DNA of 64,000 bases from an uncultured Gammaproteobacteria bacterium (GTDB lineage Bacteria; Pseudomonadota; Gammaproteobacteria; CAWCPV01): positions 192,001-256,000 of the forward strand of contig CAWCPV010000014.1 of NCBI GenBank assembly GCA_963797555.1, read 5' to 3'. The notes under the pieces are model-generated. The model worked only from the letters and a program-made list of their open reading frames with translations, was not told the origin of the DNA and made no database searches. Position 1 is the first letter of the stretch; each line of letters starts with the position of its first letter. Below, in pieces: positions 37,115-48,793 of the stretch. Both the position numbers and the translations under genes were made by a program.

Positions 37115-38156
37115 TCAAGACTGGCGGCCCGGAACACGCACGCAACGGAACCCCCGGTCGACGTACCGGTTCTCGGGGTCGACCCTGGCCCGGAGCGCAG
37201 AGCGCAGATACCTCGGGGCGTCCCAAGCGGAGCCCCCGCGGCCCACCCGACGAAGGCCGATGGCCGGCCCTGCCGGGTTGTCGGCTTGGCCGAATCCGTA
37301 TCTTCCGTAATAGTCCCAGCACCACTCCCACACGTTGCCCAGCATGTCGTACAGCCCCCAGGGGTTGGGCTCCTTTTCCGCTACCGGGTGGACTCTGCTG
37401 CCCGAATTACCCTCGAACCAGGCGTAGTCTCCCAGCTCGCGCTCGTCATCGCCGAAGAACCAGCGGGCGGTAGCCCCGGCCCGGACCGCGTACTCCCACT
37501 CCGCCTCGGTGGGCAGGCGGTAGCCGTTGGCGGTGCGGTCCCAGCGCCAGCGCGTGAGCACCTTACGGTAGCAGGGCCTGAGACCCAGCCGCTCGGAGAG
37601 GCGGTTGCAGAACCGCACGGCGTCGCCCCAGCTCACGTAGCTGGCGGGAAGCTCGCCGTCTTGCGGGTCGCTGTCCCACTCGGGCCGATTCTGCGGCCAT
37701 GACTTCCCGGTACAGCGCCCGGGTCACCGGCGTCTGGCCCATGAGGAAGCCGGCGACCCGGACCAGGTGCTGGGGCCGCTCGTCCTCGACTGCGGACTGG
37801 TCATCATCGGCGCTGCCCATCCGAAACTCGCCGGCCGGCAGCGCCACCATCGTCAGCAGCCCGGGGATGTCCTCCACCGCCGAGAAGGGGAGGGGCTGCG
37901 GAGGCGGCTCGGGGACGGGCTCGGGTACCGGTGCGACCACCGCCCGCCCGAGGAACGCGAGGGGTGCCGCCACGGCGAGGGCCGCGAACCCGAGCGCGAG
38001 CCCCGGAGCACCGCCCGGCTGAAAGAGGGCGAGCCAACCGGCGAGCGTTCCGAGGAGCGCCCCGACCGCGAGCCCCCAGAGGAAACCGACCTCTTCGAGC
38101 GCTCTCCACGCCTTACGGAGACGGGATGGCGCCGACGCTGCCAGGGTGCTTTTCAC
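37115..38156 (-). CDS. DGR target: membrane-anchored FGE-sulfatase/CLec protein (apparent frameshift near 37690)
   Basis: two TM helices, Pro-rich linker, LPAGEFRMGS, YRLPTEAEWEY, NPWGLYDMLGNVWEW, C-terminal VR. Confidence 0.9.
37121..37249 (-). repeat. DGR variable repeat (VR)
   Basis: encodes RVGRGGSAWDAPRYLRSALRARVDPENRYVDRGFRCVRVPGRQ; differs from TR only at TR adenines. Confidence 0.95.
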
Positions 38157-38215
38157 TTGCGGCTAGCAGATCCCAGCGACCGAAGTGTATCGAACCTTGT
38201 CTCCATTGGGCTGAG

Positions 38216-39059
38216 TCAGCCACTGCGGGCATGCTCATACTTCTTCAGCAGGTAGCGGGCGATCCCGGCGCCGGCCGCGTTGTGAGAGGCGAAGAACAGA
38301 TAGTAGATGGTCGCATTCCTGCGATTGCGCATCGGGATCGGTTCCGGCACCTCATTGAAGCCGGCCACCTCCTGCAGCCGCTTGCGGAAAGCACTGGCAA
38401 CCTGCCGGTTGCCGGCGGTCTTGATCAGCTCTTCCTCCCCGAACAGGGTTCTCTGGGGTGTATAGACGATGTTACGCCAGGAATCGTCGCCCCAGAATCG
38501 GGTCATCCGCTGCAGGTCCGCAGCATCTACGCCAGCCGGATTCAGCCACAAGGCATTCCGGTTGATATCCATGATCGGAAAGTTCAGGAACTAGCTCGAC
38601 GCTGCGCATCTTGGCGGCATGAGCGAGCACCTCCCAGCTCACGCTGAGGCCATAAGGATCGAGCAGGCACAGACCACGCTTGTAGTCCTCATATCTGACC
38701 TTGGGAAACACTTGGTCCAGCAGAACACGATTGCAGTCCCCCTCGTAGATGAACACCTCGGGGCGGTCCCCCACCAGCTCCCGAAGGTTCGCGATCTTGG
38801 CTCCGTCCAGGTCGATCAGATGCAGCTCCCGGAACGGAGGCTCCACGGCCAGGGCGTTCAGCGGACTACCCGGCACCAGTTCTCGCGTAGTCTTGGAGAG
38901 GTGGATGCCGGCCCCTGCGAAGGCGTCCACGTAGACATGCTGAAGCCGCGGCTGCCGCGCGAGAATCGTGGAATATGCCTTGGCATACTCGCTCACGATA
39001 GTCAGCTTGACCTCGGACCAGTAGTCGATCTCGTCGAACCGCAGAGGCGCGGAGCCCAT
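38216..39059 (-). CDS. tcmP: three-Cys-motif partner protein TcmP, SAM-methyltransferase-like (apparent frameshift near 38590)
   Basis: WSEVKL, YVDAFAGAG, GSPLNAL, GDCN, LLDPYG, YYLFFAS. Confidence 0.8.
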
Positions 39060-39148
39060 GCGTCTCCCTCCCGTTGGTTTCTTTCTGAGGCCGGGATTGA
39101 CTCCCGCACAGAAGGGTACTATACGGGAGTACAAAAGGAGAACAATGG

Positions 39149-39901
39149 ATGAGCGAGCGAAGCTCCATCGAGTGGACCGACGCCACCTGGAATCCCGTTC
39201 GGGGCTGCACCAAGATATCCCCCGGGTGCAAGCACTGTTACGCCGAGACCTTTGCCGACCGGTTCCGTGGTGTCCCGGGGCACCCGTTTGAGCAGGGCTT
39301 CGACCTCCGCCTGGTGCCCGAGGTACTCCATCTTCCGCTGAAGTGGAAGCGGGGACGCCTGATCTTCGTGAACAGCATGTCGGACCTGTTTCATGATCGC
39401 GTCCCGGACGACTACATCGGGCGAGTCTTTGGCGTTATGTGCGCGGCGCCGCAGCATCAGTTTCAGATTCTGACCAAGCGGGCCGAGCGGCTGGCCGCGT
39501 TTACCCGTACCGAAGCAGTGCCATCGAATGCTTGGATTGGCGTGAGCGTCGAGAACGCTGATTACAAGTGGCGCATCGCCTACCTTCGACAAGTCGACAC
39601 ACGGGTGCGTTTCTTGAGTATCGAGCCCTTGTTGGGCCCGGTCGGTGAACTGGATCTCGCTGGTATCGCCTGAGTAATCGTGGGCGGCGAGAGCGGCCGA
39701 CGCGCGCGGCCTGTCGAGGCGGAGTGGGTGCGGGACGTTAGGGAGCAGTGCTTAAACGCCGGTCTGCCGTTCTTTTTCAAGCAATGGGGTGGCCGACGCA
39801 AGGCGCGTGCCGGACGAGAGCTCGATGGTCGTACCTGGAACCAAATGCCCCTCGGCGTCCCCGTTCATCGTTCCTCAGCCCTCTTCGACTCGTGCAGCTA
39901 G
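39149..39901 (+). pseudogene. DUF5131 (phage Gp37/Gp68-like three-Cys protein) with in-frame TGA at 39671-39673
   Basis: IEWTDATWNPVRGCTKISPGCKHCYA, FVNSMSDLFH; [11 protein letters not shown] where the family has W; FFFKQWGG. Confidence 0.85.
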
Positions 39902-40166
39902 TCCCCCACCCACGAGATAAAATCGGGATGCTAAACTTATTTCTCAATAGGTTGAGGCAACCTGTTGAGGAGGATAGTGATGAAGAAGCGCTATATCGTG
40001 CAGTTGTCCGCCGAAGAGCGTGATCGGCTGGAAGGTTGGGTGAATCGGGGGCGGGAGGCGCCTATCTATAGAGCGACAATTACGTTGACCGGTTGGCGAC
40101 AACTACTTTGTCCGGTTGATCGGCCACACTGGCGGCGTTCTGACATCCGATGCTTCGGGGGGAGGG

Positions 40167-41696
40167 ATGGCCGTCACACCGCAACAGGTCAAGGTCTATA
40201 TGTCACAGAGAACCGCAGGTAAGAACCAAGTAACCGCCGCCGCCAAGGCGGGTTTCTCGGAGCGCACGGCGCGCCGTCTTGACGAGCGGGACGAGCGTCG
40301 AGCACCGCGGGGCGCGCGGCGGTATCGAACGCGCCGCGACCCCTTTGACACCGTGTGGGACAGCGAGCTGGTCCCACTGCTTGAGCACACCCCGGCACTG
40401 CACGCGCTGACGCTCTTGGAAGGGCTCCAGGAGCGCCATCCGGGCCAGTACCCGGACAAGCTATTGCGCACCTTGCAGCGCCGGGTGAAGGCCTGGCGGG
40501 CGGCGCATGGACCCGAGAAGGAGGTGATGTTCCCACAGCAGCAGGTCCCGGGACTGCGGGGTTTGTCGGATTTCACCGTGCTCAAGGACGTCACCGTCAC
40601 CATCGCCGGCGAGCCGCTCGCCCACCGCCTCTACCATTTCCGCCTGGCCTACAGCGGCTGGTGCACGGTGCGGGTGGTGCTGGGCGGGGAGAGCTTCACG
40701 GCGCTCGCCGAGGGGCTCAGCCAGGCGCTGCTGCGCCTGGGCGGTGCACCGGCCGAGCACCGCACTGACAGCCTCTCGGCGGCGTTCAAGAACCTCTCGG
40801 CTGAGGCCCAGCACGACCTTGCGGCGCGCTACGCGGCGCTCTGCGCCCATTATGGGATGAGGCCGACGCGCAACAACCCCGGGGCCTGCCACGAGAACGG
40901 CAGCATCGAGTCACCCCACGGGCATTTGAAGCGCCGTATCGTGCAGCGCCTTCTGGCCCGGGGCAGTGCCGAGTTCCCCTCGGTGGCGTCCTACCAGGAC
41001 TTTCTCGACACCGTCACCGCCGCCGTCAACCGGCGTAACGCCACCGCCATCGAGGCCGAGCGCCCCCATCTGCGGCCCCTGCCGGTGACCTTCGCGGCCG
41101 ACTACACCGAGCTGTGGGTGAAGGTCACCACCGCCAGCACCATCACCGTGCGCTTGGTGGTCTACTCGGTCCCCGCGCGGCTCATCGGCGAGCGCCTGCG
41201 GGTGCACCTCTATGACGCCCGCCTGGAGCTGTTCCTCGGCACCGAGGCCCTGCTCATCCTCCCGCGGGTCTACCCGGCCCCGGGCAAGCGCCGGGCGAGC
41301 CGCATCGACTATCGCCATCTCGTGGGATGGCTGGTGAAGAAGCCCCGCGCCTTCTATCGGCTCCAGTACCGCGACGCCCTGCTTCCGGATGCCACCTATC
41401 AGCGTATCTGGCAGCATCTGGACGCTACCCTTGCGCCCGCCGACGCCTGCAAGCGCATGGTCGGCGCACTCAAGCTCGCCGCCGAGCACGAGTGCCAGGA
41501 GGCCCTGGGGACCCACTGGCTGGCCGCCCTGGAGCGAGGCCTATCGCCCACGCTCAGCGCCCTGCAACAACGCTTCGCACCGCCAGCCCCCGCGACGCTC
41601 CCTCTCGGCGCCACTGCTCAGCACCCGCTGGCCGACTATGACGCGCTCCTGCCCGCCACCCACCGCAGTGCCGCCGAGGAGGTGTGCCATGGCTAA
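40167..41696 (+). CDS. istA: IS21 transposase
   Basis: LRTLQRRV, SDFT, HRTDSLSAA, HENGSIES, YSVP. Confidence 0.92.
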   Translation: MAVTPQQVKVYMSQRTAGKNQVTAAAKAGFSERTARRLDERDERRAPRGARRYRTRRDPFDTVWDSELVPLLEHTPALHALTLLEGLQERHPGQYPDKLLRTLQRRVKAWRAAHGPEKEVMFPQQQVPGLRGLSDFTVLKDVTVTIAGEPLAHRLYHFRLAYSGWCTVRVVLGGESFTALAEGLSQALLRLGGAPAEHRTDSLSAAFKNLSAEAQHDLAARYAALCAHYGMRPTRNNPGACHENGSIESPHGHLKRRIVQRLLARGSAEFPSVASYQDFLDTVTAAVNRRNATAIEAERPHLRPLPVTFAADYTELWVKVTTASTITVRLVVYSVPARLIGERLRVHLYDARLELFLGTEALLILPRVYPAPGKRRASRIDYRHLVGWLVKKPRAFYRLQYRDALLPDATYQRIWQHLDATLAPADACKRMVGALKLAAEHECQEALGTHWLAALERGLSPTLSALQQRFAPPAPATLPLGATAQHPLADYDALLPATHRSAAEEVCHG

Positions 41697-42453
41697 CGCC
41701 GCCACCTTGCCCCTGCTGCTCAGGGAGCTGCGCCTGCCGACCATGGCACGGCTGTATCAACCGCTGCAAACCCGGGCCCTCGAGCACCACTGGAGCCTCG
41801 CCGACTATCTCGCCGCGCTCTGCGAGCACGAGCTCGCCGAACGCGAGCGGCGGCGCCTGGAGCGCCACCTCAACGATGCCCGCCTGCCCGCGGGCAAGAC
41901 GCTCCAGCACTTCGACTTCACGGCCAGCGCCGGGCTGAACCGCCAGCAGATCGTGCAGCTCGCCGAGGATGCCACCTGGGTCGAGCGCACCGACAACCTC
42001 CTGCTCTTCGGGCCCTCCGGCGTCGGCAAAACCCATCTCGCCGCAGCCATTGGGCACGGGCTCATCAGCCAAGGGGTGCGGGTGCGTTTCGCCTCGGCAA
42101 CCAGCCTCGTCCAGGAGCTTCAAACCGCCAAACAGGCCCTCAGGCTCAGCGATGCGCTCGCCAAGCTCGACAAGTACCCGCTGCTCGTCCTCGATGACAT
42201 CGGCTACGTCAAGCGCACCGAGATGGAAAGCTCCGTGCTCTTCGAGCTCATCGCCCACCGCTACGAGAGCGGCAGTCTCCTGATCACCAGCAACCACCCC
42301 TTCAGCGAGTGGGATGCGATCTTCCCCGACAACATGATGGCCGTCGCCGCCATCGACCGGCTCGTCCACCATGCCCACATCATCGAGCTCAACGGGCAGA
42401 GCTACCGAAAGCGCCAAGCAACCCGCAACCAGGAGGTATCGAACAAGAGCTGA
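41689..42453 (+). CDS. istB: IS21 helper ATPase
   Basis: GPSGVGKTHLA, LLVLDDIGY, AIDRLVHH. Confidence 0.93.
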   Translation: MANAATLPLLLRELRLPTMARLYQPLQTRALEHHWSLADYLAALCEHELAERERRRLERHLNDARLPAGKTLQHFDFTASAGLNRQQIVQLAEDATWVERTDNLLLFGPSGVGKTHLAAAIGHGLISQGVRVRFASATSLVQELQTAKQALRLSDALAKLDKYPLLVLDDIGYVKRTEMESSVLFELIAHRYESGSLLITSNHPFSEWDAIFPDNMMAVAAIDRLVHHAHIIELNGQSYRKRQATRNQEVSNKS

Positions 42454-42716
42454 CGACAACTACCGCCTACACTACAGAGCGGCCATTCTAGTTGTCGTCA
42501 ACCGGACAGAGTAATTGACGTTCAGACACCTATCGCCGGCGACATGCGCAAGTCCTATGGTGGGTGGACGAAGGCGAACGCGGCAGCGGTCTGATAGACC
42601 GTGAAGCGGCCGAACGGGTGGGGTGTACCCGAGGAACGGTGGAACAGATTCGGGAACGGTGTGTCCGTGAAGGTTTGCAAGCGGCGCTTGAGCGGGGGAT
42701 CCTCTCGCGCCCGGAG

Positions 42717-42783
42717 GAAGCGCCCCGTGGGGACCCGCATGCGGGGTGCTGTGGGAGCCGGGGGGGCCTCCCGGCGACCCGAG
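42717..42783 (+). mobile_element. group II intron 3' end remnant (domains V-VI)
   Basis: GAAGCGCCCCGTGGGGACCCGCATGCGGGGTGCTGTGGGAGCCGGGGGGGCCTCCCGGCGACCCGA: DV-like hairpin plus DVI with bulged A. Confidence 0.65.
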
Positions 42784-42830
42784 CGGACCGCCCGTCATTC
42801 GACGATGCCCAGGAGCGAACCGGAAACCGT

Positions 42831-43256
42831 TCAGCTTGTTTCCTCGCACCGTGCCTTCAGCCCTGCGGCCTCAAGTGCAAGATATCTGCGTGTGAGGCTA
42901 GCTGCAAGCGTGCCAACAACTGACCCGAGGAGACCGCCAAAATTGACCTTTAGTGCGACCCTAGTTCCTTCGGCGGACGGTTCGATGGTGTGCTGCGCGG
43001 TAGCAACTAGCCCCGGACTGCGGGAAACCCAGGTAAAACCAACGTCTGGCTGCCATTCGGTAACCGTCCAAATAGCTGGCCGCAGCTTGGGCTGCTCAAT
43101 TCTGAGGCGGGATCCGACGCCCAACGGTACGACATCGAAGCGCTGAATTCGACGGACAGACGGGGTCCAATCTGCCCAGCGCTCGACATCAGCGAGAATC
43201 TGCCAAACATGGGCCGGGGTGGCGGCGATGGTGACGCTTGTGCTGAAAACGCGCAT
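42831..43256 (-). CDS. SRPBCC/polyketide cyclase family protein, cassette-like
   Basis: TSVTIAATPAHVWQILADVERWADWTP; ATG 4 nt after an attC-like site. Confidence 0.85.
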   Translation of the reverse strand: MRVFSTSVTIAATPAHVWQILADVERWADWTPSVRRIQRFDVVPLGVGSRLRIEQPKLRPAIWTVTEWQPDVGFTWVSRSPGLVATAQHTIEPSAEGTRVALKVNFGGLLGSVVGTLAASLTRRYLALEAAGLKARCEETS

Positions 43257-43260
43257 GGCG

Positions 43261-43341
43261 GTCTGACTATCAAGCTAACCGGAGACCGTGGCGGGACCGA
43301 CGGCCCGCCTACGGGCGTCCGTGTTGAGCGCCGAGTTAACG
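43261..43341 (-). other. degenerate integron attC-like site
   Basis: minus strand CGTTAAC-tcggcgcTCAAC...GTTAGC-ttgata-GTCAGAC with internal dyad. Confidence 0.55.
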
Positions 43342-43407
43342 TGAAATGCGCCGAAGGCGCCTCAAAGTCCCCCTCGCCCGTTGGCGGGAGAGCAACCGTG
43401 TTTGCTG

Positions 43408-44362
<955 letters not shown>

Positions 44363-44530
44363 GGCTCTGGCTCCCAACCTTGCAGATACGGGCTCACTGA
44401 CCCAGGCAACCGTTCGGGTTACTCAGAGATGATGGACCTGACGACCCAAGCTCTCCCACGGTGTTTCCCACCCAGGGCAAGGACGATCTGCCAGGTCCTG
44501 AACCTCTCTCACTTTAAATCTCCACTATCC
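44363..44530 (-). ncRNA. predicted bridge RNA of the IS110
   Basis: contains sequences matching the donor (ACGGTTGC, TGCAAG) and the target (CCTTGCCCT, GGGAGAG). Confidence 0.7.
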
Positions 44531-44634
44531 ATAAACATACAAGGGTTAGGGTGAGGGAAACCGGCCATGGCGTGACAAACGTTTTCATGTTCTGGGGCGG
44601 CGAAGCTCGCCAGGACCGGTTAGGCTACTCCTTT

Positions 44635-45100
44635 CTAGTACTTGAGGAGCACCGTGAACGTTATGTAGTGCGTCACCAACAGCGCAGGAACCCAGAATGC
44701 AGGTATCCAGTATGCGGGTCCCATAAACGCATGAGCTCCGTAGATTGTAGCTAGTACGATTGCCGCGACCAGATCGAGCGTTCCTTCGATGGCGAAGATC
44801 CACACCAGAAGTCGTGCAACTTTCCAATTCATCGCTACGGCCGGAATTGCAGCCAGGGCAAGCAGCGAAGCAAGCAGGTCACCGAATGCGGCGGGATATG
44901 CAAACATCGGTGGCATGCCCGCATATGTGGCTCCTCGTGCCAGGAACATCAGTCCCAAGTGTCGGAATGAATGCAGTAGAAGAATAGGAAGCAGTACGTC
45001 TCGAGGTTTCAGGTCCTGGAGTTTCGGTAGAGTATAGAGCTTGGCGGAAATCCAAAAGACCAGCGTACTAAAAAGCCATGGCGTTATAAACATCTCCCCG
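44635..45100 (-). pseudogene. membrane protein, cassette-like, 5' end displaced by the IS4 relic
   Basis: LLLHSFRHLGLMFL, PAAFGDLL, PAFWVPALLVTH; lower GC; GCCTAAC just after the stop. Confidence 0.6.
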
Positions 45101-45101
45101 T

Positions 45102-45700
45102 AGCTAGGGCTGCTGCCCCTCTGGACACAGCCCCAGGAAGCTGATTCAATGCCCCCATCGTTCACCAGGTGACGAGGGGGAGCAGATGGAGAAGGGGTTG
45201 CCGAGGTGGTTGGGTGGGCGCGTGCTGAGCGCGGGGGAGCTTGAGAGCATACGGCGGGAGGCTCGGCTGGCGGAGCCCCCAGTGCGAGCCGAGGTGGCGC
45301 GGCCCGCATCGCTCGGACCACACCCTGGCGGACATCGAGGTGAGCGCCGTGCTGGCCCGCGAGGTGGACCCGCCCCAGGGCGAGGAGCCCATCGAGTGGC
45401 TGCGCTCCTCACCAGCCTCCCCGTCGAGACCGCCGAGCAGGCCCTGGAGAAGCTGCAGTGGTACCTCTGCCGCTGGCAAATCGAGGTGTTCTTCAAGATC
45501 CTCAAAAGCGGCTGCCGCATCGAGAAGCTGCAGCTCGAGACCCTCGAACGCCTGGAGCCCGCGCTCGCCTTCTACCTTATCATCGCCTGGCGGGTGCTCT
45601 ACCTCACCCTGCTCGGGCGCGACTGCCCGCAGATGCCCTGCAACGTGGTGTTCGCCGAGGAGGAGTGGCGCGCGGTGTATATCGTCACCAAGCGCCAGCG
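45102..45700 (+). mobile_element. internally deleted IS4 (IS50/Tn5-like) transposase relic
   Basis: EPIEW-LLTSLPV, WYLCRWQIEVFFKILKSGCRIE, IIAWR. Confidence 0.75.
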
Positions 45701-45769
45701 AGTCTCGCTGGAAATCACGCTGCTGTCCCGCCCCGACCGCGAGGCACGTGGCAGAATAACTCCCTGAGG

Positions 45770-46144
45770 TAAGCCCCCGGCTTTGCCGGGGGACTCACCG
45801 AGGTTTGACCTATACGACGGTCGTCGTGAATCTCCAATCTCCGCCAAGAGAAGGGGATCCACGATGAAAGAGTACCAGAGTCTGAGCCACACGAAGTGGG
45901 ACTGTAAGTGCAGGAAAAAGCGGATCTTCGGGGCGCTGCGCCGCCATCTGGGACGGATCTTCCACGAGTTGGCGGGCCATAAGGAATCGAAGGTGGTTGA
46001 AGGGCTTACATCCGGAACCAAGAGCAAGAGGAGGAGCGCTACGATCAACTGACGCTGCGGACATAGGTCCAGCCGCCTTGGGCGGCTCCCGGTATTATGG
46101 CGCCTTTGAGGCGCTCACCCATAAGCCCCCGGCTTTGCCGGGGG
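45770..46144 (+). mobile_element. internally deleted IS200/IS605 (tnpA) relic with both end hairpins
   Basis: identical TAAGCCCCCGGCTTTGCCGGGGG at both ends; MKEYQSLSHTKWDCK...YIRNQE fragments. Confidence 0.8.
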
Positions 46145-46347
46145 TGAGTTAACAGTATGCATCGCACCATCCTCGCTCTGGAGGTTTCAGCACTCGCCGG
46201 GCATCGCGGCTTTGCGCGGGTCTCTCGTCTCCCGGTGGAGTGGCGCTGCGGGCTGGCGCCGGTCTGGAGGGAGCGTGCCGCGTGGGGGGCTTGCGCCACG
46301 GCCGCCATCCTGATCTCTGGTACATGCCGGTCGCCATCCGGCCAGCC

Positions 46348-47357
46348 ATGAAGCCGCTGTTTCACCCCGAACTGGTCAACGGGCCCTTTGGCGACCCGGT
46401 GCTCTATGTGGAGTGTCTGTTCCAGCACCGGGCACTGATGTTCGACCTGGGTGAGGTGCCGACGCTCGCCCCGCGCAAGATTTTGCGGGTGTCCGACGTG
46501 TTCGTGTCTCACACCCACATGGATCACTTCATGGGTTTCGACCGCCTGTTGCGCATCTGCCTGGGGCGGGACAAGACCCTCCGCTTGGTCGGCCCGCCAG
46601 GCTTCATCGACCAGGTGGAGCACAAGCTGGCGGCCTATACCTGGAACTTGGTGGAGAACTACGATGCGGCCTTCGTCGTCGAGGCGACCGAGGTCCACAC
46701 CGATGGCACTTCGGCCACGGCCCGGTTCCGCTGCCGGGCGGCGTTTCGGCGCGAGCCCGTAGGGGAGGGGACGCTTACCGGCGGGGAGTCCTGGACGAGA
46801 AAGCCTTCCGGGTCCGCACGGCCGTGCTGGACCACAAGATTCCGTGCCTCGCCTACACACTGGAGGAGAAGCTGCACGTCAACGTGTGGAAGAATCGCTT
46901 GGAGGAGATGGGGCTTTCGACCGGGCCGTGGCTCCAGGAGCTGAAACGCGCGGTGCTGGCCGGGGAGTCGGACGACACCGTCATCCGCGCTTGGTGGCGC
47001 GAGGCGAGTGGGGCGGTGGACGAGCGGCACCTCCGGTTGGGAGATCTCAGGGACGCGGTGCTGCGCCTCGGACCCGGTCAGAAGGTTACCTACGTGGTGG
47101 ACGCCGTGTTTCACGAAGACAATGCGCAGCAGATTCTGGATCTCGCCCGCGGCTCGGACATTCTCTATATCGAGGCGACGTTCTTGCAGGAAGATGCCCG
47201 TCGCGCCGCCGAGAAGTATCATCTGACGGCTCACCAGGCCGGGACCCTGGCCCGCTTGGCGGGCGTTGAACGGATGGTGCCGTTTCACTTTTCGGCCCGC
47301 TACAGCGACTCTGAGGACCGGTTGCGCGAGGAGGCGCAGCGGGCTTTTGCCGCCTGA
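46348..47357 (+). CDS. ribonuclease Z-like MBL-fold hydrolase (apparent frameshift near 46790)
   Basis: SHTHMDHFMG, LDHKIPC, IEATF, HLTA, PFHFSARY. Confidence 0.8.
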
Positions 47358-47445
47358 GCCGAGACGGCAGCCTGCGTAATCACGTCCTTCCCGGCGGCGC
47401 GAGCGGTCTGCGTACCGAACAGCGCCGGTGGGACGACCGTCTGGT

Positions 47446-48669
47446 CTAGTACGCTGTGTCGGGACCAAGCTTGCCGCGCGGGACCACGACGATCCCGCTC
47501 TCCGTGACGTGGTAGCGCGCACGGTCCCGATCGCGGTCGTAACCGATCGTGGCGCCGGACTCGATGCTGTTGAAGCGGTCGACGATCACGCGCTTCAGCC
47601 TCGATCCGCGTCCGATGTGCACATAGTCCATGACGATGCAGTCCTCCAGCTCGACATCCTCGTCCAGGAGCACCTCGCGGCGGATGACCGAGTTGTGGAC
47701 GCTCGCCCCGTTGACCACCGTGCCCGCCCCCAGAACGCTGTTCAGTACTGTGCCGCTGATGATCTTCAGGGTGGGGCCCTGGTAGTTGCTGGAGTATACA
47801 GGCCACTCGGGGTTGAAAGCGTCGAAGCGGGGCTTGAGGCCGAGGACGTCCTGGTGGGCCGCGTAGTAGGCGTCGATGGTCCCGACGTCGCGCCAGTACG
47901 GCGACTCCTCGTAGGGCTTGGTCCCCGCAATGGTGTTGGTGGAAAAGTCGTAAGCGTACACTCGATGACTCCCGGCCAGTCTGGGCAGAAGGTGGGTCCC
48001 GAAGTCGTGCTCGCCGCGTTCGTGGCCCGCCCGCAGGGCCTGTACCAGCAGGTCGGTGCTGAACAGGTAATTTCCCATCGAGGCATAGGCGCACTCCGGC
48101 CGCCCCGGCATGGAGGCCGGGCTCTCGGGCTTTTCCTGGAACTCCCGGATGCGGCCCTCGGCATCGGCGGCGATGATGCCGAAGGCACGCCCCTCCGAGA
48201 CGGGCACCGGCAGGGCCGCGACGGTGACGTCCGCCCGATGTTCCCGGTGGAAGGCAATCATCTGCCGGACGTCCATCCGGTAGATGTGGTCGGCCCCGAA
48301 CACCACGACCAAGTCCGGCGCATTGTCGATGAGGAGGTTGAGGTTCTGATACACGGCGTCAGCAGTGCCCTGGAACCAGCCCGCGCCGACGCGCATCTGG
48401 GGGGGTACGACCGTGACGAAGTGCCCGGGCGTGATTGGAGACCGCGACCAAGCGCGGCGCACATGCTCGATGAGCGACTGGGATTTGTACTGAACCAGCA
48501 AATAGATCCCATAGATCCCGGAGTTGAGCAGATTGCTCAGGACAAAATCGACGATGCGGTAGCGCCCGCCGAACGGCACCGACGGCTTGGACCGTTCCAG
48601 GGTCAGCGGATGCAGGCGTTTGCCTTCGCCGCCCGCCATGACGATGGCGAGAATCTTCGGACCAGCCAT
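47446..48669 (-). CDS. glgC: glucose-1-phosphate adenylyltransferase
   Basis: [48 protein letters not shown]. Confidence 0.95.
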   Translation of the reverse strand: MAGPKILAIVMAGGEGKRLHPLTLERSKPSVPFGGRYRIVDFVLSNLLNSGIYGIYLLVQYKSQSLIEHVRRAWSRSPITPGHFVTVVPPQMRVGAGWFQGTADAVYQNLNLLIDNAPDLVVVFGADHIYRMDVRQMIAFHREHRADVTVAALPVPVSEGRAFGIIAADAEGRIREFQEKPESPASMPGRPECAYASMGNYLFSTDLLVQALRAGHERGEHDFGTHLLPRLAGSHRVYAYDFSTNTIAGTKPYEESPYWRDVGTIDAYYAAHQDVLGLKPRFDAFNPEWPVYSSNYQGPTLKIISGTVLNSVLGAGTVVNGASVHNSVIRREVLLDEDVELEDCIVMDYVHIGRGSRLKRVIVDRFNSIESGATIGYDRDRDRARYHVTESGIVVVPRGKLGPDTAY

Positions 48670-48793
48670 GGATTGCTCCTTCTCTAGGTAGTTTCTTGCG
48701 GATTCTGGGTCGTCGCCGGCCCGGCGCACCGCGACACTGTAACGCGTTGGCGCGCACGGTTTCCACTGCCGCAGGCCCCGCCGCTCCCTGGGG

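Larger units (their letters stand above)
40067..42528 (+). mobile_element. IS21 family element with CCTATC target duplication
   Basis: CCTATC at 40061-40066 and 42529-42534; imperfect terminal IRs sharing CAATTAC...CCGGTTG.CGACAACTA. Confidence 0.9.
39901..42695 (+). mobile_element. IS630-like remnant (HTH ORF) interrupted by IS21
   Basis: MKKRYIVQLSAEERDRLE..GREA before the IS21 continues as YRRRHAQVL..DEG..RERCVREGLQAALER after it. Confidence 0.7.

Noticed and set aside
39671-39673. In-frame TGA as selenocysteine or recoding
   Set aside because: The position is a conserved Trp, not Cys, and TGA is used as a normal stop throughout the window.
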